A stretch of DNA of 64,000 bases from assembly GCA_965242865.1 (NCBI GenBank), contig CBDETK010000013.1, positions 2,976,001 to 3,040,000 of the forward strand, in the 5' to 3' direction. This DNA is from Candidatus Latescibacterota bacterium. Its GTDB lineage: Bacteria > Latescibacterota > UBA2968 > UBA8231. Numbering within the stretch: position 1 is the stretch's first letter; the number at the start of each line of letters is the position of its first letter. The notes beneath the pieces were generated by a model, which was not told the DNA's origin, searched no databases, and was given only the letters and a program-made list of their open reading frames with translations. The position numbers were made by a program, and so were the translations under genes. Positions 52,008 to 61,100 of this stretch are shown piece after piece.

Positions 52008-52100
52008 TCAGTGCGACCTCCTTGACCGGGATGCAGAATGCGCGGCGCGCGAGGCCCGTAAATCCGTAGTGCCGATCCAACACACCAGAACCCTTTTCAT
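52008..52100 (-). pseudogene. Probable 5' remnant of an RtcR-like sigma54-dependent regulator
   Basis: AGGAG RBS then MKRVLVCWIGTTDLRAS, like the N-termini of such regulators; ORF ends after 30 codons. Confidence 0.45.
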
Positions 52101-52128
52101 CGCAGCACCCTCTCCTCCCCGTCCATTC

Positions 52129-52590
52129 CTAACCCGATATATCGAGCAGGGCCTCTTCACTGGCCAAGGCATCGCCTTGTTCGAGCAGGTCGGCGAGGGT
52201 TGTGCGCGATAAAACTTGATCCACGGCCTGCTGCACTTGCCCCCACAGGGCGCGCACCGAACACGCGGAGAGCGAGTGCGTACAGCAATCCGCGCTGCCG
52301 GCAAAGTGATCGCAGAAGTCGTCGTCGAAGAGGCGACCGCCCAGCGTGGCGAGCGCGTCGGCCACGGCGATTTGGCGAGGGGGCCTAGCGAGGGCGTAGC
52401 CGCCTTGCTGGCCGCGGGCACTGGCCACAAAGCCGCCTTGCCGCAGAATGCGCAACAGCTTGGCGACGTTGTGATGCGTGATCCCCTCGGCTCGGCTGAT
52501 TTCCGGGATGGTCAGGCTGTGGCCGGCCGGCTGGCGCGCCAGTTGCAACAGGCAGCGCAAGCCGTATTCTTCGCGCGAACTGAGCTTCAT
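52129..52590 (-). CDS. Rrf2/IscR-family transcriptional regulator
   Basis: EYGLRCL, SARGQQGGY, Cys-rich C-terminal region; last gene of the suf operon. Confidence 0.9.
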   Translation of the reverse strand: MKLSSREEYGLRCLLQLARQPAGHSLTIPEISRAEGITHHNVAKLLRILRQGGFVASARGQQGGYALARPPRQIAVADALATLGGRLFDDDFCDHFAGSADCCTHSLSACSVRALWGQVQQAVDQVLSRTTLADLLEQGDALASEEALLDISG

Positions 52591-52591
52591 G

Positions 52592-52930
52592 TCACATCAT
52601 GCCTAGTTCGAGTTTGGCTCCTTCGGTCATCATGTCTATCGTCCACGGCGGGTCCCACACGACCTCGACCGAGGCCGTGGCAATGCCCGAGACATGGGCC
52701 TTGATTTTGTGCTCAATTTCCGGCGGCAGCGTACCGGCCACCGGACAGGCCGGCGAGGTCAAGGTCATGGTCACGTGGACGTCCTGCGAGTCGCTGACCG
52801 CAACGTCGTAAATCAGGCCGAGGGCAAAGATGTCAACCGGGATCTCGGGGTCGTAGCAGGTCTTGAGCACGGCCACCACTTTGGCCTCGGTCGAGTCGGG
52901 GGGAAAGGTCTTTTCGTGCAACAGTTCCAT
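52592..52930 (-). CDS. SUF Fe-S assembly protein (DUF59/SufT/PaaD-like)
   Basis: YDPEIPVDI..LGLIY, MTLTSPACP, VWDPPW. Confidence 0.92.
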   Translation of the reverse strand: MELLHEKTFPPDSTEAKVVAVLKTCYDPEIPVDIFALGLIYDVAVSDSQDVHVTMTLTSPACPVAGTLPPEIEHKIKAHVSGIATASVEVVWDPPWTIDMMTEGAKLELGMM

Positions 52931-52972
52931 GAGAATCTCCTTTGGGGCTGCAAGGGACAGGCCGCTATTCAG

Positions 52973-53425
52973 TTATTCCGTGGATGCGGGCGACGGGTCT
53001 TGTTCGATGGCCGCTTTGGCGGCGTGCCAAGCGAGAGTTGCGCACTTGACGCGCATGGGAAACTCGCGCACCCCGGCAAAAACGGCCATCTTGCCCAAGG
53101 CTTGGTGATCGACGGGCGCGTCTGGCTCGGCGGTCACCATCTGCTGGAACTGCTCAAACAGCGCGACCGCTTCGTCGGGGTGCTTGCCCTTGAGGGCCGC
53201 GGTCATCAGCGAAGCCGAGGCTTTGGAAATGGCGCACCCCGATCCCTCAAACCGAATGTCGGCAATGCGCTCGTCGGCCACGTGGAGATAGATGGTCAGG
53301 TGATCGCCGCACAGGGGATTGTGCCCCTCTTGCATGCGATTGGCTTCGGGCAGCTTGCCGAAGTTGCGCGGATTTTTGTTGTGATCGAGGATGATCTGCT
53401 GGTACAGCTCGCGCAGCTCAGTCAT
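52973..53425 (-). CDS. sufU: SUF system NifU-like protein
   Basis: LYQQIILDH, NPLCGD, GCAISKASAS, RVKCATLAW. Confidence 0.93.
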   Translation of the reverse strand: MTELRELYQQIILDHNKNPRNFGKLPEANRMQEGHNPLCGDHLTIYLHVADERIADIRFEGSGCAISKASASLMTAALKGKHPDEAVALFEQFQQMVTAEPDAPVDHQALGKMAVFAGVREFPMRVKCATLAWHAAKAAIEQDPSPASTE

Positions 53426-53456
53426 AGTCGAAATTCCTCATTCATGGTGTGAATCC

Positions 53457-54686
53457 CTATCCCCCAAACACCTTCTTGACTTGGTGTAACGCCGCGACGA
53501 GGGCATCTATTTCCTCGTGCGTGTTGTAAAAAGCCAACGAGGCGCGCACCGTAGCCGGCACTTGGTAAAACTGCATGGTCGGCTGGGCGCAATGGTGGCC
53601 GGCGCGCACGGCAATGCCCTCGACGTCGAGGACGGTGCCGATGTCGTGCGGGTGAATGTCGTTGAGCACAAAGGACAAAACGGCCACGCGCTCGCGGGCC
53701 GTGCCAATCAGGCGCAGGCCCGGGACAGCGGCGAGGGCTGCGTCTGCGTACGCGAGCAAGTCGGCCTCGTACGCGGCGATCTGCTCCCGGCCTATGGCGT
53801 TGACGTAATCAATGGCGGCTTCCAAGCCAATGCCGCCGGCAATGTGCGGCGTACCGGCCTCAAACCGAGCCGGCGGAGCAGTATATGTGGTGCCGGCAAA
53901 GCTCACCTTCGCGATCATGGAGCCACCGCCTTCGTATGGCGGCATGGCGTTTAGCAGGGCCTGCTTGCCGTAGAGCACGCCAATGCCGGTGGGGCCGAAG
54001 AGCTTGTGGCCGGAAAAGGCGTAGAAGTCGCAGTCGAGGTCCTGCACATCCACCGGCAGGTGAGGCACTCCTTGCGCTCCATCGACGACGACGATGGCGC
54101 CGTGCTGATGGGCCAAGGCGGTGATTTCCTTTACCGGCAGGATGGTGCCGAGGGCGTTGGAAGCGTGGGCGACGGCCACGATGCGGGTGCGCTCGGACAG
54201 CAGCCGCTCGTATTCGTCGAAGAGGAACTCGCCGGTTGGGCTGATGGGCACGACCCGCAGGTGCGCGCCCTTTTCCTCGCCCAGCATTTGCCACGGCACA
54301 ATGTTGGAATGGTGCTCTAGCTGGGAGACGATGATCTCGTCGCCGGGGCCGAGCTGGGGCCGGCCGTAGCTGTGGGCGACGAGATTGATCGCCTCGGTGG
54401 TGCCGCGCACAAAAACGACTTCGCTGCTCTCGCGGGCATTGATAAACTGGCCGACTCGGCCGCGCGCACGCTCGTATGCAAAGGTCGCCTGCTGGCTGAG
54501 GAAGTGGACGCCGCGGTGGATATTGGCGTTTTCGCGGGCGTAGTAGCGCTGGAGCGCGTAGAGAACCGTCAGCGGCTTTTGGGTGGTCGCGCCGTTGTCG
54601 AAATAGACGAGGTTTTTGCCGCGGATTTTCTCGCCGAGTATTGGGAAGTCGCGGCGGACCTTGGCTACGTCAAAGGAAGCGGTCAT
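53457..54686 (-). CDS. sufS: Cysteine desulfurase
   Basis: YFDNGATTQKP, EHHSNIVPW, SGHK, RAGHHCA. Confidence 0.95.
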   Translation of the reverse strand: MTASFDVAKVRRDFPILGEKIRGKNLVYFDNGATTQKPLTVLYALQRYYARENANIHRGVHFLSQQATFAYERARGRVGQFINARESSEVVFVRGTTEAINLVAHSYGRPQLGPGDEIIVSQLEHHSNIVPWQMLGEEKGAHLRVVPISPTGEFLFDEYERLLSERTRIVAVAHASNALGTILPVKEITALAHQHGAIVVVDGAQGVPHLPVDVQDLDCDFYAFSGHKLFGPTGIGVLYGKQALLNAMPPYEGGGSMIAKVSFAGTTYTAPPARFEAGTPHIAGGIGLEAAIDYVNAIGREQIAAYEADLLAYADAALAAVPGLRLIGTARERVAVLSFVLNDIHPHDIGTVLDVEGIAVRAGHHCAQPTMQFYQVPATVRASLAFYNTHEEIDALVAALHQVKKVFGG

Positions 54687-55966
54687 AGGGCTACTCCGGC
54701 CGCCGCTTGGTCCAGCCGACGATCTACGAGCTGGGTGAGCTCGGCTTTGAGAGCGGGGATGCGCACGCGGTCGAGGACTTCACCGGCAAAGGCGCGCGTC
54801 AGCACGCGGACGGCCTCGCGGTGGCTAATGCCGCGGGAGCGCAGGTAAAAGAGCGCGTCTGGGTCGAGTTGGCCGATGGTCGCGCCGTGCGAACACTTGA
54901 CGTCGTCCGCGTAGATTTCGAGTTGGGGCTTGGTGTTGATCTGCGCGGTCTCCGAGAGCAAGAGGTTTTGGTTGGCTTGGTAGGCGTCGGTTTTTTGCGC
55001 GGCTTGGTGAACGTGGATTTTGCCGCGGAAGACGCCGGTGGCTCGCCCGCCGAGGATGCCCTTGTAGAACTCATGGCTCTGGCAGTGCGGCTCGGCGTGT
55101 TCGATGAGCGTATGGTTATCGACGTGTTGGCCCCCGTCCTCGATGTAAAGGCCGTTGAGCGTGGAGTCAACGCCTTCGCCCACGAGAGCGGTGTGGACGT
55201 GGTGGCGGGTCAGGCGTCCTCCCAAGGTGATGGCCGTCGAGCGGAATTGGGCGGCGCGTTCCTCGCGCACGTGGGTCGCCGCGATGTGGTAAGCGGCGGC
55301 CGCCTCGCGCTGGATTCGGTAGTGGTCGATCACGGCGTTGGCCCCGACGAAAATTTCGCTGACGCTGTTGGTCAGGTACGGTTCCGACCCTAAGCCGACG
55401 TAGCTTTCGACGACGGTTGCTTGGGTGTTCGGCCCGGCGAGCACGAGGACGCGCGGATGGGAAACGACGTTGGCGCGTTGGCCGGTGGATACAAACAGCA
55501 AGTGGATGGGCTGCTCGACGACGGCGTCCGGGGGCAGATAGACGACCGCGCCGTCTTGCAAAAAGGCGGTGTTGAGCGCGGTAAACGCCTCGCCCTCGGT
55601 GGCCGCGACTTGGCCGAGGACCGCGGTGACGATGATGGCGCCGGCGACGATGCTCAAACGCTCGACGAACGCCCCGGTGGGCAGGCCGCTGAGTTGAGAC
55701 TGCGCGCCGGCGAAGTGCCCATCGACAAAGACCAGCCCATGGAGGCCATAGCGGTAATCTTCGACAGCGACAGGCGCGGTCGTGGACTCGGCCAGCTCGA
55801 AGTTGGTCCGAGTTAGCGGGGCGATGTTGGTAAAAGCCCAGTCCTCGTCTTGGGTCGTGGGAAAGCCCGCAGCCGCGAAGTGCTCAATGCCCCTTTGCCG
55901 CTGCTCCCGCAGTGCCTCAGTGCTGACCAAGTCGTTGAAGCGGGATTGGTAATAGGAGACGCTCAT
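54683..55966 (-). CDS. sufD: Fe-S cluster assembly protein SufD
   Basis: PTTQDEDW.FT, AQKTDAYQ, KPQLEIYADDVKCSHGATIG, LFYLRSRG. Confidence 0.93.
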   Translation of the reverse strand: MSVSYYQSRFNDLVSTEALREQRQRGIEHFAAAGFPTTQDEDWAFTNIAPLTRTNFELAESTTAPVAVEDYRYGLHGLVFVDGHFAGAQSQLSGLPTGAFVERLSIVAGAIIVTAVLGQVAATEGEAFTALNTAFLQDGAVVYLPPDAVVEQPIHLLFVSTGQRANVVSHPRVLVLAGPNTQATVVESYVGLGSEPYLTNSVSEIFVGANAVIDHYRIQREAAAAYHIAATHVREERAAQFRSTAITLGGRLTRHHVHTALVGEGVDSTLNGLYIEDGGQHVDNHTLIEHAEPHCQSHEFYKGILGGRATGVFRGKIHVHQAAQKTDAYQANQNLLLSETAQINTKPQLEIYADDVKCSHGATIGQLDPDALFYLRSRGISHREAVRVLTRAFAGEVLDRVRIPALKAELTQLVDRRLDQAAAGVAL

Positions 55967-56712
55967 TGGACAGCCTCCTTGACCCAGTCGTAGCCCTTTT
56001 CTTCTAGCGTCCGCGCCAGTTCCTTGCCACCGGACTCGACGATGCGTCCCTCGTAGAGCACGTGGACGAAGTCCGGGACTATGTAGTTGAGCAGGCGCTG
56101 ATAGTGGGTGACGACGACGACGGCTTTGTCTGGGGCGTGGAGTTTGTTGACGCCTTGGGCGACGATCCGCAGCGCGTCGATGTCGAGGCCGGAGTCGGTC
56201 TCGTCGAGGATCGACAGCTTGGGTTCCAACACGGCCATTTGCAAAATCTCGTGGCGCTTTTTCTCGCCGCCGGAAAAGCCTTCGTTGACCGACCGCTTGA
56301 GGAAGCTCTCGTCCATTTCCACCAAGGCGAGCCTTTCGCGGATTAGCCCGAGAAAGTCGATGGCGTCGAGCTCCTCCTCGCCGCGTTGCTGGCGGATTTC
56401 GTTGTAGCTTTGGCGGAGGAAGTACGTGGAGTTGACGCCGGGGATTTCCACTGGATACTGAAAGGCGAGGAACATTCCGGCGTGTGCCCGTTCTTCCGGC
56501 GCGAGTTCGAGCAGGTCTTGGCCGCAGTACGCAACCGCCCCTTCGGTGATGTCGTAGCCTTCCCTGCCGGCTAAGACTTGCGCGAGGGTGCTTTTGCCCG
56601 AGCCGTTAGGCCCCATGATGGCGTGGATTTCCCCGGGTTCTACTTTCAGATTGACGCCGCGCAGGATGGGGGTGTCTTCAACGGCGACGTGGAGGTTTTC
56701 GATGTGGAGCAT
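55963..56712 (-). CDS. sufC: Fe-S cluster assembly ATPase SufC
   Basis: MGPNGSGKSTL, FQYPVEIPGV, NEGFSGGEKK, LDETDSGLD, THYQRLL. Confidence 0.96.
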   Translation of the reverse strand: MLHIENLHVAVEDTPILRGVNLKVEPGEIHAIMGPNGSGKSTLAQVLAGREGYDITEGAVAYCGQDLLELAPEERAHAGMFLAFQYPVEIPGVNSTYFLRQSYNEIRQQRGEEELDAIDFLGLIRERLALVEMDESFLKRSVNEGFSGGEKKRHEILQMAVLEPKLSILDETDSGLDIDALRIVAQGVNKLHAPDKAVVVVTHYQRLLNYIVPDFVHVLYEGRIVESGGKELARTLEEKGYDWVKEAVQ

Positions 56713-56750
56713 GACGTGCTTTCGGTTAGGGTTGTGTGGTATGGGTTCGT

Positions 56751-57233
56751 TTAGCCCTGCAATGCTTTGGTCAGCGGCGAGCCGCACCGCACCAGTTTAA
56801 TCGGCACTCGCTTCCTGCGAAAAACGACTTGATTGGCAGGTTTTAGAAAACCGTCGCGCTCAATGCGTTTAAGCTCGCCATTGTATGCGGCGATGGGGCG
56901 AAACCTGACTTGGACATCCTGCGGCAGCAGTTTATCCGCAATCTCGGCACCTGCGCGTAGTTGGGGCAGGAATTTGCTGACCCGAGCGGCACTTGCGGTC
57001 AATTCTACGGGTGCAACCCACGGCCCTTCTTTTTGGTCGCTACCTCCAACAAACAAATAGTCACAATGTGTCTGCCTTTCTTTAACCGGCGCGGCCTCGT
57101 GTTCCAAGCTGATTAGGACTGACGGCTTTGGCACTCCTCTCAGCGATAGGGAGCAACGGTCGTCGCGGCATGTTGTGGCGTGACATTGCGCGTTGGTTTT
57201 TGTTCGGACCGTTTCCACCACTGTCACTCGCAT
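56751..57233 (-). CDS. Hypothetical partner of the AAA ATPase (possible PD-(D/E)xK-like fold)
   Basis: 1-nt overlap with the ATPase stop; CDYLFV...VELT pattern. Confidence 0.65.
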   Translation of the reverse strand: MRVTVVETVRTKTNAQCHATTCRDDRCSLSLRGVPKPSVLISLEHEAAPVKERQTHCDYLFVGGSDQKEGPWVAPVELTASAARVSKFLPQLRAGAEIADKLLPQDVQVRFRPIAAYNGELKRIERDGFLKPANQVVFRRKRVPIKLVRCGSPLTKALQG

Positions 57234-58771
57234 TATCCCCCCTCAATTCGAGTGGAAATTTCCGACCAGCGGTTATAGAGCGATTCCGTGACCAGCCCGA
57301 AGCCAGCCGGGAAAGTCGAGGACTCGGTATCGAGCGCAATTTCCCGCACTGTTGAGCCGTTTCCCTCTGAATTCGGCTCGAAAAACCACGCGCCTACTTG
57401 GTCGGGGCTGAGCACTACATCCTCGTCATCGATTCCCGTGCGTCGCTCCTTGGGCAGATCTGATAAGCGAACCAGATTGGCCAATTCTTCCAACACCCAC
57501 TCGCTGTGAGTGGTAATGAGGATGCGGACGCCTGCTTGTACTGCGGCCGCGAGCTGGCGAGTGAACTCCACCTGCATGGCCGGATGTAGGTGCGACTCAG
57601 GCTCTTCAATGATGAGCAGGTCGCCCGGCTGAACGACGTGGCGCAGGTACAGCACTACAGGTGCCAATTCCGACACCATGGATGACGCATTCATCAAGGG
57701 CAAATCTCGCTTCCAGTCATCCGGCCTATAGACAAACGAAGGGTAGTTGATCTGAGATTGTTCGACGCGGACAGCCCCCCGCAGAAGTGTCTGTTCCAAA
57801 TTCTGGGCGAGAGGATCGTAATCCTCATTCTGTGCCCGTCGCCGTGGCTCGGCCAATGCGACAAGCTGATCCAGAAAGTCGCCCAAAACCCCGGAAAGTA
57901 CGGGCATGGGCGAATCGCGTCGCAGTCCGGTACGCGAGGCACTTGCGATTAAGCCTCGCACGGCTACTTGATGCGCGTGCATGACACCAGCGCGGTCGGC
58001 GGGAAGGTAATATGCAGGATGACTCAAGGAAGCAACCATATTGGAAACAACGGCATTGGCAAGCCCGACCAACAATGCTTCAGCAACCCTCTCTTCGTCT
58101 AGCTCACTCTTGTTAATCCAGTCCTCGGGAGATAGTGTGCTATCTACTCTAATTTGCCGGGATAGGGTATTTGGAATCGAAGCAGCTATTTTAGTTCCAC
58201 TATTGGTCAACTTAACGTTGTTCGGAATCGAAGCAGTTATTTCAATCCCACTATTGGTCAACTCAACGTTGTAGCGAAATAGATCGTTGAGTCCAGATTC
58301 CGAGAAATTTCTCCAAAGGGAAAATAGGGTTTGACTATCACTCGAATGACGAATTAAGTCTTTGGATTTGTCCATCCCAAAGCATCTGACGAGTTCGCTC
58401 TCCAAAACGTCCCCCGAATGTTTGATATTGCGAAGAAGGAGAGAGCGTACCAACGTCTCAATAGACTCCGGCAGTTCAATTAGAGAAGACTGCTCGCGTT
58501 TTGCTCTTTGCAAGGTTGAATACGTTTCCCTTACCCAAGCTAAAGCGGTTGCAATATCTTTATTCGACAAATTGAGATTCATATCTTGCCAGTACCAATA
58601 AGAGTAGGCATTAAAAAACCTATGCAGTGCGTAAACAAGAGCCGCCATGTAGGACTTGCCCGTGTTACTCGGCCCCACGAATACGGACATTGGACGTAGT
58701 TCGATATTCGCCTCGGCGATGGGGCCGAAGTTAGAGACCGTTAGCTCAAGAGGCTTTGTGTTGGGTTGCAT
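57233..58771 (-). CDS. ABC-type/AAA_21 (AbiEii/OLD-like) ATPase
   Basis: VSNFGPI, VGPSNTGKS, YLPADR, SSMVSEL signature, IIEEPESHLHP, ITTHS. Confidence 0.88.
   Translation of the reverse strand: MQPNTKPLELTVSNFGPIAEANIELRPMSVFVGPSNTGKSYMAALVYALHRFFNAYSYWYWQDMNLNLSNKDIATALAWVRETYSTLQRAKREQSSLIELPESIETLVRSLLLRNIKHSGDVLESELVRCFGMDKSKDLIRHSSDSQTLFSLWRNFSESGLNDLFRYNVELTNSGIEITASIPNNVKLTNSGTKIAASIPNTLSRQIRVDSTLSPEDWINKSELDEERVAEALLVGLANAVVSNMVASLSHPAYYLPADRAGVMHAHQVAVRGLIASASRTGLRRDSPMPVLSGVLGDFLDQLVALAEPRRRAQNEDYDPLAQNLEQTLLRGAVRVEQSQINYPSFVYRPDDWKRDLPLMNASSMVSELAPVVLYLRHVVQPGDLLIIEEPESHLHPAMQVEFTRQLAAAVQAGVRILITTHSEWVLEELANLVRLSDLPKERRTGIDDEDVVLSPDQVGAWFFEPNSEGNGSTVREIALDTESSTFPAGFGLVTESLYNRWSEISTRIEGG
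58170..58271 (-). repeat. In-frame 51-bp tandem duplication inside the ATPase gene
   Basis: NVELTNSGIEITASIPN / NVKLTNSGTKIAASIPN. Confidence 0.9.
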
Positions 58772-59924
58772 ACTCAAATACCTTTCGGTAAACAGTGCTT
58801 TCCATTCGACTGTGAATAAAGGTTTCGAGCGTCCCTGCCTTTTTTTGATCGCGCACTCGCCTCGCCTCAAAATTGAATGCGTATAGATTGTGGCAGGCCC
58901 GGCGATGAACGTGGTTTATTCCATCGCGGTCTTCAAGATAGTCTAAGTAAGAGAGCGCAGCGCGTTCATCACAAATTGACCAATCTGTCCCGTCGTCCCA
59001 GTCTTTGACAGCGAAGCTCTCTTCAGTCGTCAATCGCAGCATACGTTGAGCAAAGGCACGACGGCTTTGTTCATATTTGGCCGGGTCTTTTTCGGCTTCA
59101 CGGCGAGAAAAGCGGGTCAAGTGAACGCCGGGCAACTGCACTTGTTTGAAGGCCGCGCTCATAATCCAAGTCTGTGAATCGACGGTATCTGCGCCGCAGT
59201 AAAAGGCGAATAGCATCAGCAGGGCAGAACCCAAAGAGAAACAGTGAATGTGAGTGTTGGGGAGCAGTTTTCGTGCCGTGAGAATAACGTCAACCACTGT
59301 GCGTTTACTCCCATTGAGAGCAAGTGGTGCCAAACTTCCAATGCCGACGATGGCAGGCTCTCGACCCCATATTTCGACAATAGTATCTAAAGCACGCGAG
59401 AGTGTTTTTTCGTCATGGCCGTGAAGGACAGGGATGAGTGTTGGGCGAGGCGAGGCGTCGGACTCTTTTAATGCCTCAAACATTGTACGGGTGTTCTCCA
59501 CGGTATTCGACCAACGCACATCTATTTCTTTCGGATCAGATTTAGGCATGAAGGGATGGTCAAGCACAACCGACATATCAGCCCCTAACTCAATTCCAAT
59601 CGACAGGACGTCAAGAGGTGTAATACTGATTTCAGCATGTTGTAGAAAATTGAAGGCACCAGAATCGAGCATAAGTGGACCATCAAATTCGACGTACTCG
59701 TGCAGCTTGCCTTTCATATTGCGGATTTCTTCGGTAAACTTATGAGTTCGTCTATTAGCTAGCAGATCAAAGGCATTGAGCAGAATCGCTTGGGTATCGG
59801 TCATTTCCCATGGATGGCAACGTAGGCCAGCACGTGGATAGTCGTATATGCGATAGCTGGCAAACAGGTTCGGTGCCTCTAGGAAATCTGGCGAGACAGG
59901 GTTTTGTGTATCATTTTGATTCAT
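58746..59924 (-). CDS. Divergent tRNA-guanine transglycosylase (TGT/DpdA-like) fold protein
   Basis: MLDSGAFN, VLDHP, IPVLHG, GIGSL, HCFSLGS, GADTVDS, HNL in TGT order. Confidence 0.8.
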   Translation of the reverse strand: MNQNDTQNPVSPDFLEAPNLFASYRIYDYPRAGLRCHPWEMTDTQAILLNAFDLLANRRTHKFTEEIRNMKGKLHEYVEFDGPLMLDSGAFNFLQHAEISITPLDVLSIGIELGADMSVVLDHPFMPKSDPKEIDVRWSNTVENTRTMFEALKESDASPRPTLIPVLHGHDEKTLSRALDTIVEIWGREPAIVGIGSLAPLALNGSKRTVVDVILTARKLLPNTHIHCFSLGSALLMLFAFYCGADTVDSQTWIMSAAFKQVQLPGVHLTRFSRREAEKDPAKYEQSRRAFAQRMLRLTTEESFAVKDWDDGTDWSICDERAALSYLDYLEDRDGINHVHRRACHNLYAFNFEARRVRDQKKAGTLETFIHSRMESTVYRKVFEYATQHKAS

Positions 59925-59927
59925 CAG

Positions 59928-61100
59928 CTAACCTTCTTCGACAATCTGCTTTATTCGTTCTTTCATGCGTGGTAGAAAATACCCCGGCAAAACATTGAGT
60001 TCTGCTTTCTCAACCTTTTCTTTTAATGAACCGTACTCCTCTTCAACAATTTGCTGTTCCAGAGGTTCTAAATGTTGGGGACGATCTTGTTGGGATTGCT
60101 TTTCATTTTCTTCGCGCTCTTTAAGATAGCGTTCATACTTGTCGCGTCCACTGTTCAAGTAGTCCGATACGTATTCAATGGCGAGGTCTTTATTCTCTAT
60201 AGGCTGGAGTTCCGCCGGCTTACCTAAGCGTCGTTCAATTGCAGGATATTGTGCTAGGTCTCTTGGGTCTGGAGTGGTTGCAACCACAAAGAAGACGGAT
60301 TCCGTTAGCATATCGAAAAGATGGCGCAAATCTTGCGCGTATCGAGATTGACGCGAACGATGTAGCCCTTCAAAAATCTCCTCAAACTCGTCGAACAGTA
60401 GAATGATGCCATCGCACAAGTCAAGCTCTTTTAGCACGGCGAGCAATCCATTTAAGAATCGCATGGCGAGTGAAGGGCTAGTAATATCGGAGATGGTGTT
60501 TTTTCCATCTTCGGTTAATCGTCTTTTGTCTGTTGCTGGAAGTTTTTGTCCTTTCAACCAGCGGATTAAGGTATCTTTATGCCGCTCACCATAAATGGTA
60601 AATAGACTATCGGGCTTAACTAGTGTTTTGATAACTACTAGGAGTTCGGATGCGGACCTAATTTTTTCCGAAAGAATATCAATTTCTTTTGGCTCTGATT
60701 TTAGCCGCTCAAACAGATCGCCTAAGAACAACTCAGACAGTCTATCAATAATTTGTCCATGAATATCGTAGTAACTCTCTCTAGGATCAGAGACATAGAT
60801 TGGATATAGGTTTTCAATAAGCTTATTTCGCCTAGCTTCGTCAGTCAGTTTTTCAAAGTACCGCAAGATATTTGTCTTGCCGGCACCATTTTCTCCGTTA
60901 ATACGCAATCGCTTGGCGTCTGTGGAAAAGTTCATCAAGGTGGAGACAAATTTATCTTTTAGCTCGTCTTGGTCCGTACAGACTTCAAATTTAGGGTCTC
61001 CATATCCAGGGAATGGATTTTCAAGGAGAAAATGCTTTTCGTATGGATTAAGTTCTTGGTGATCAACTTCAAACCGAGAAAGATCTTTCGTCAGTGTCAT
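59928..61100 (-). CDS. P-loop ATPase (BrxD/DUF2791- or Cdc6-like)
   Basis: Walker A GENGAGKT, Walker B ILLFDEFEE, PAIERR; ATGA overlap with the upstream gene. Confidence 0.8.
   Translation of the reverse strand: MTLTKDLSRFEVDHQELNPYEKHFLLENPFPGYGDPKFEVCTDQDELKDKFVSTLMNFSTDAKRLRINGENGAGKTNILRYFEKLTDEARRNKLIENLYPIYVSDPRESYYDIHGQIIDRLSELFLGDLFERLKSEPKEIDILSEKIRSASELLVVIKTLVKPDSLFTIYGERHKDTLIRWLKGQKLPATDKRRLTEDGKNTISDITSPSLAMRFLNGLLAVLKELDLCDGIILLFDEFEEIFEGLHRSRQSRYAQDLRHLFDMLTESVFFVVATTPDPRDLAQYPAIERRLGKPAELQPIENKDLAIEYVSDYLNSGRDKYERYLKEREENEKQSQQDRPQHLEPLEQQIVEEEYGSLKEKVEKAELNVLPGYFLPRMKERIKQIVEEG

Noticed and set aside
58746-59924. Housekeeping queuine tRNA-ribosyltransferase (tgt)
   Set aside because: Low GC, island context, and missing N-terminal and zinc motifs.
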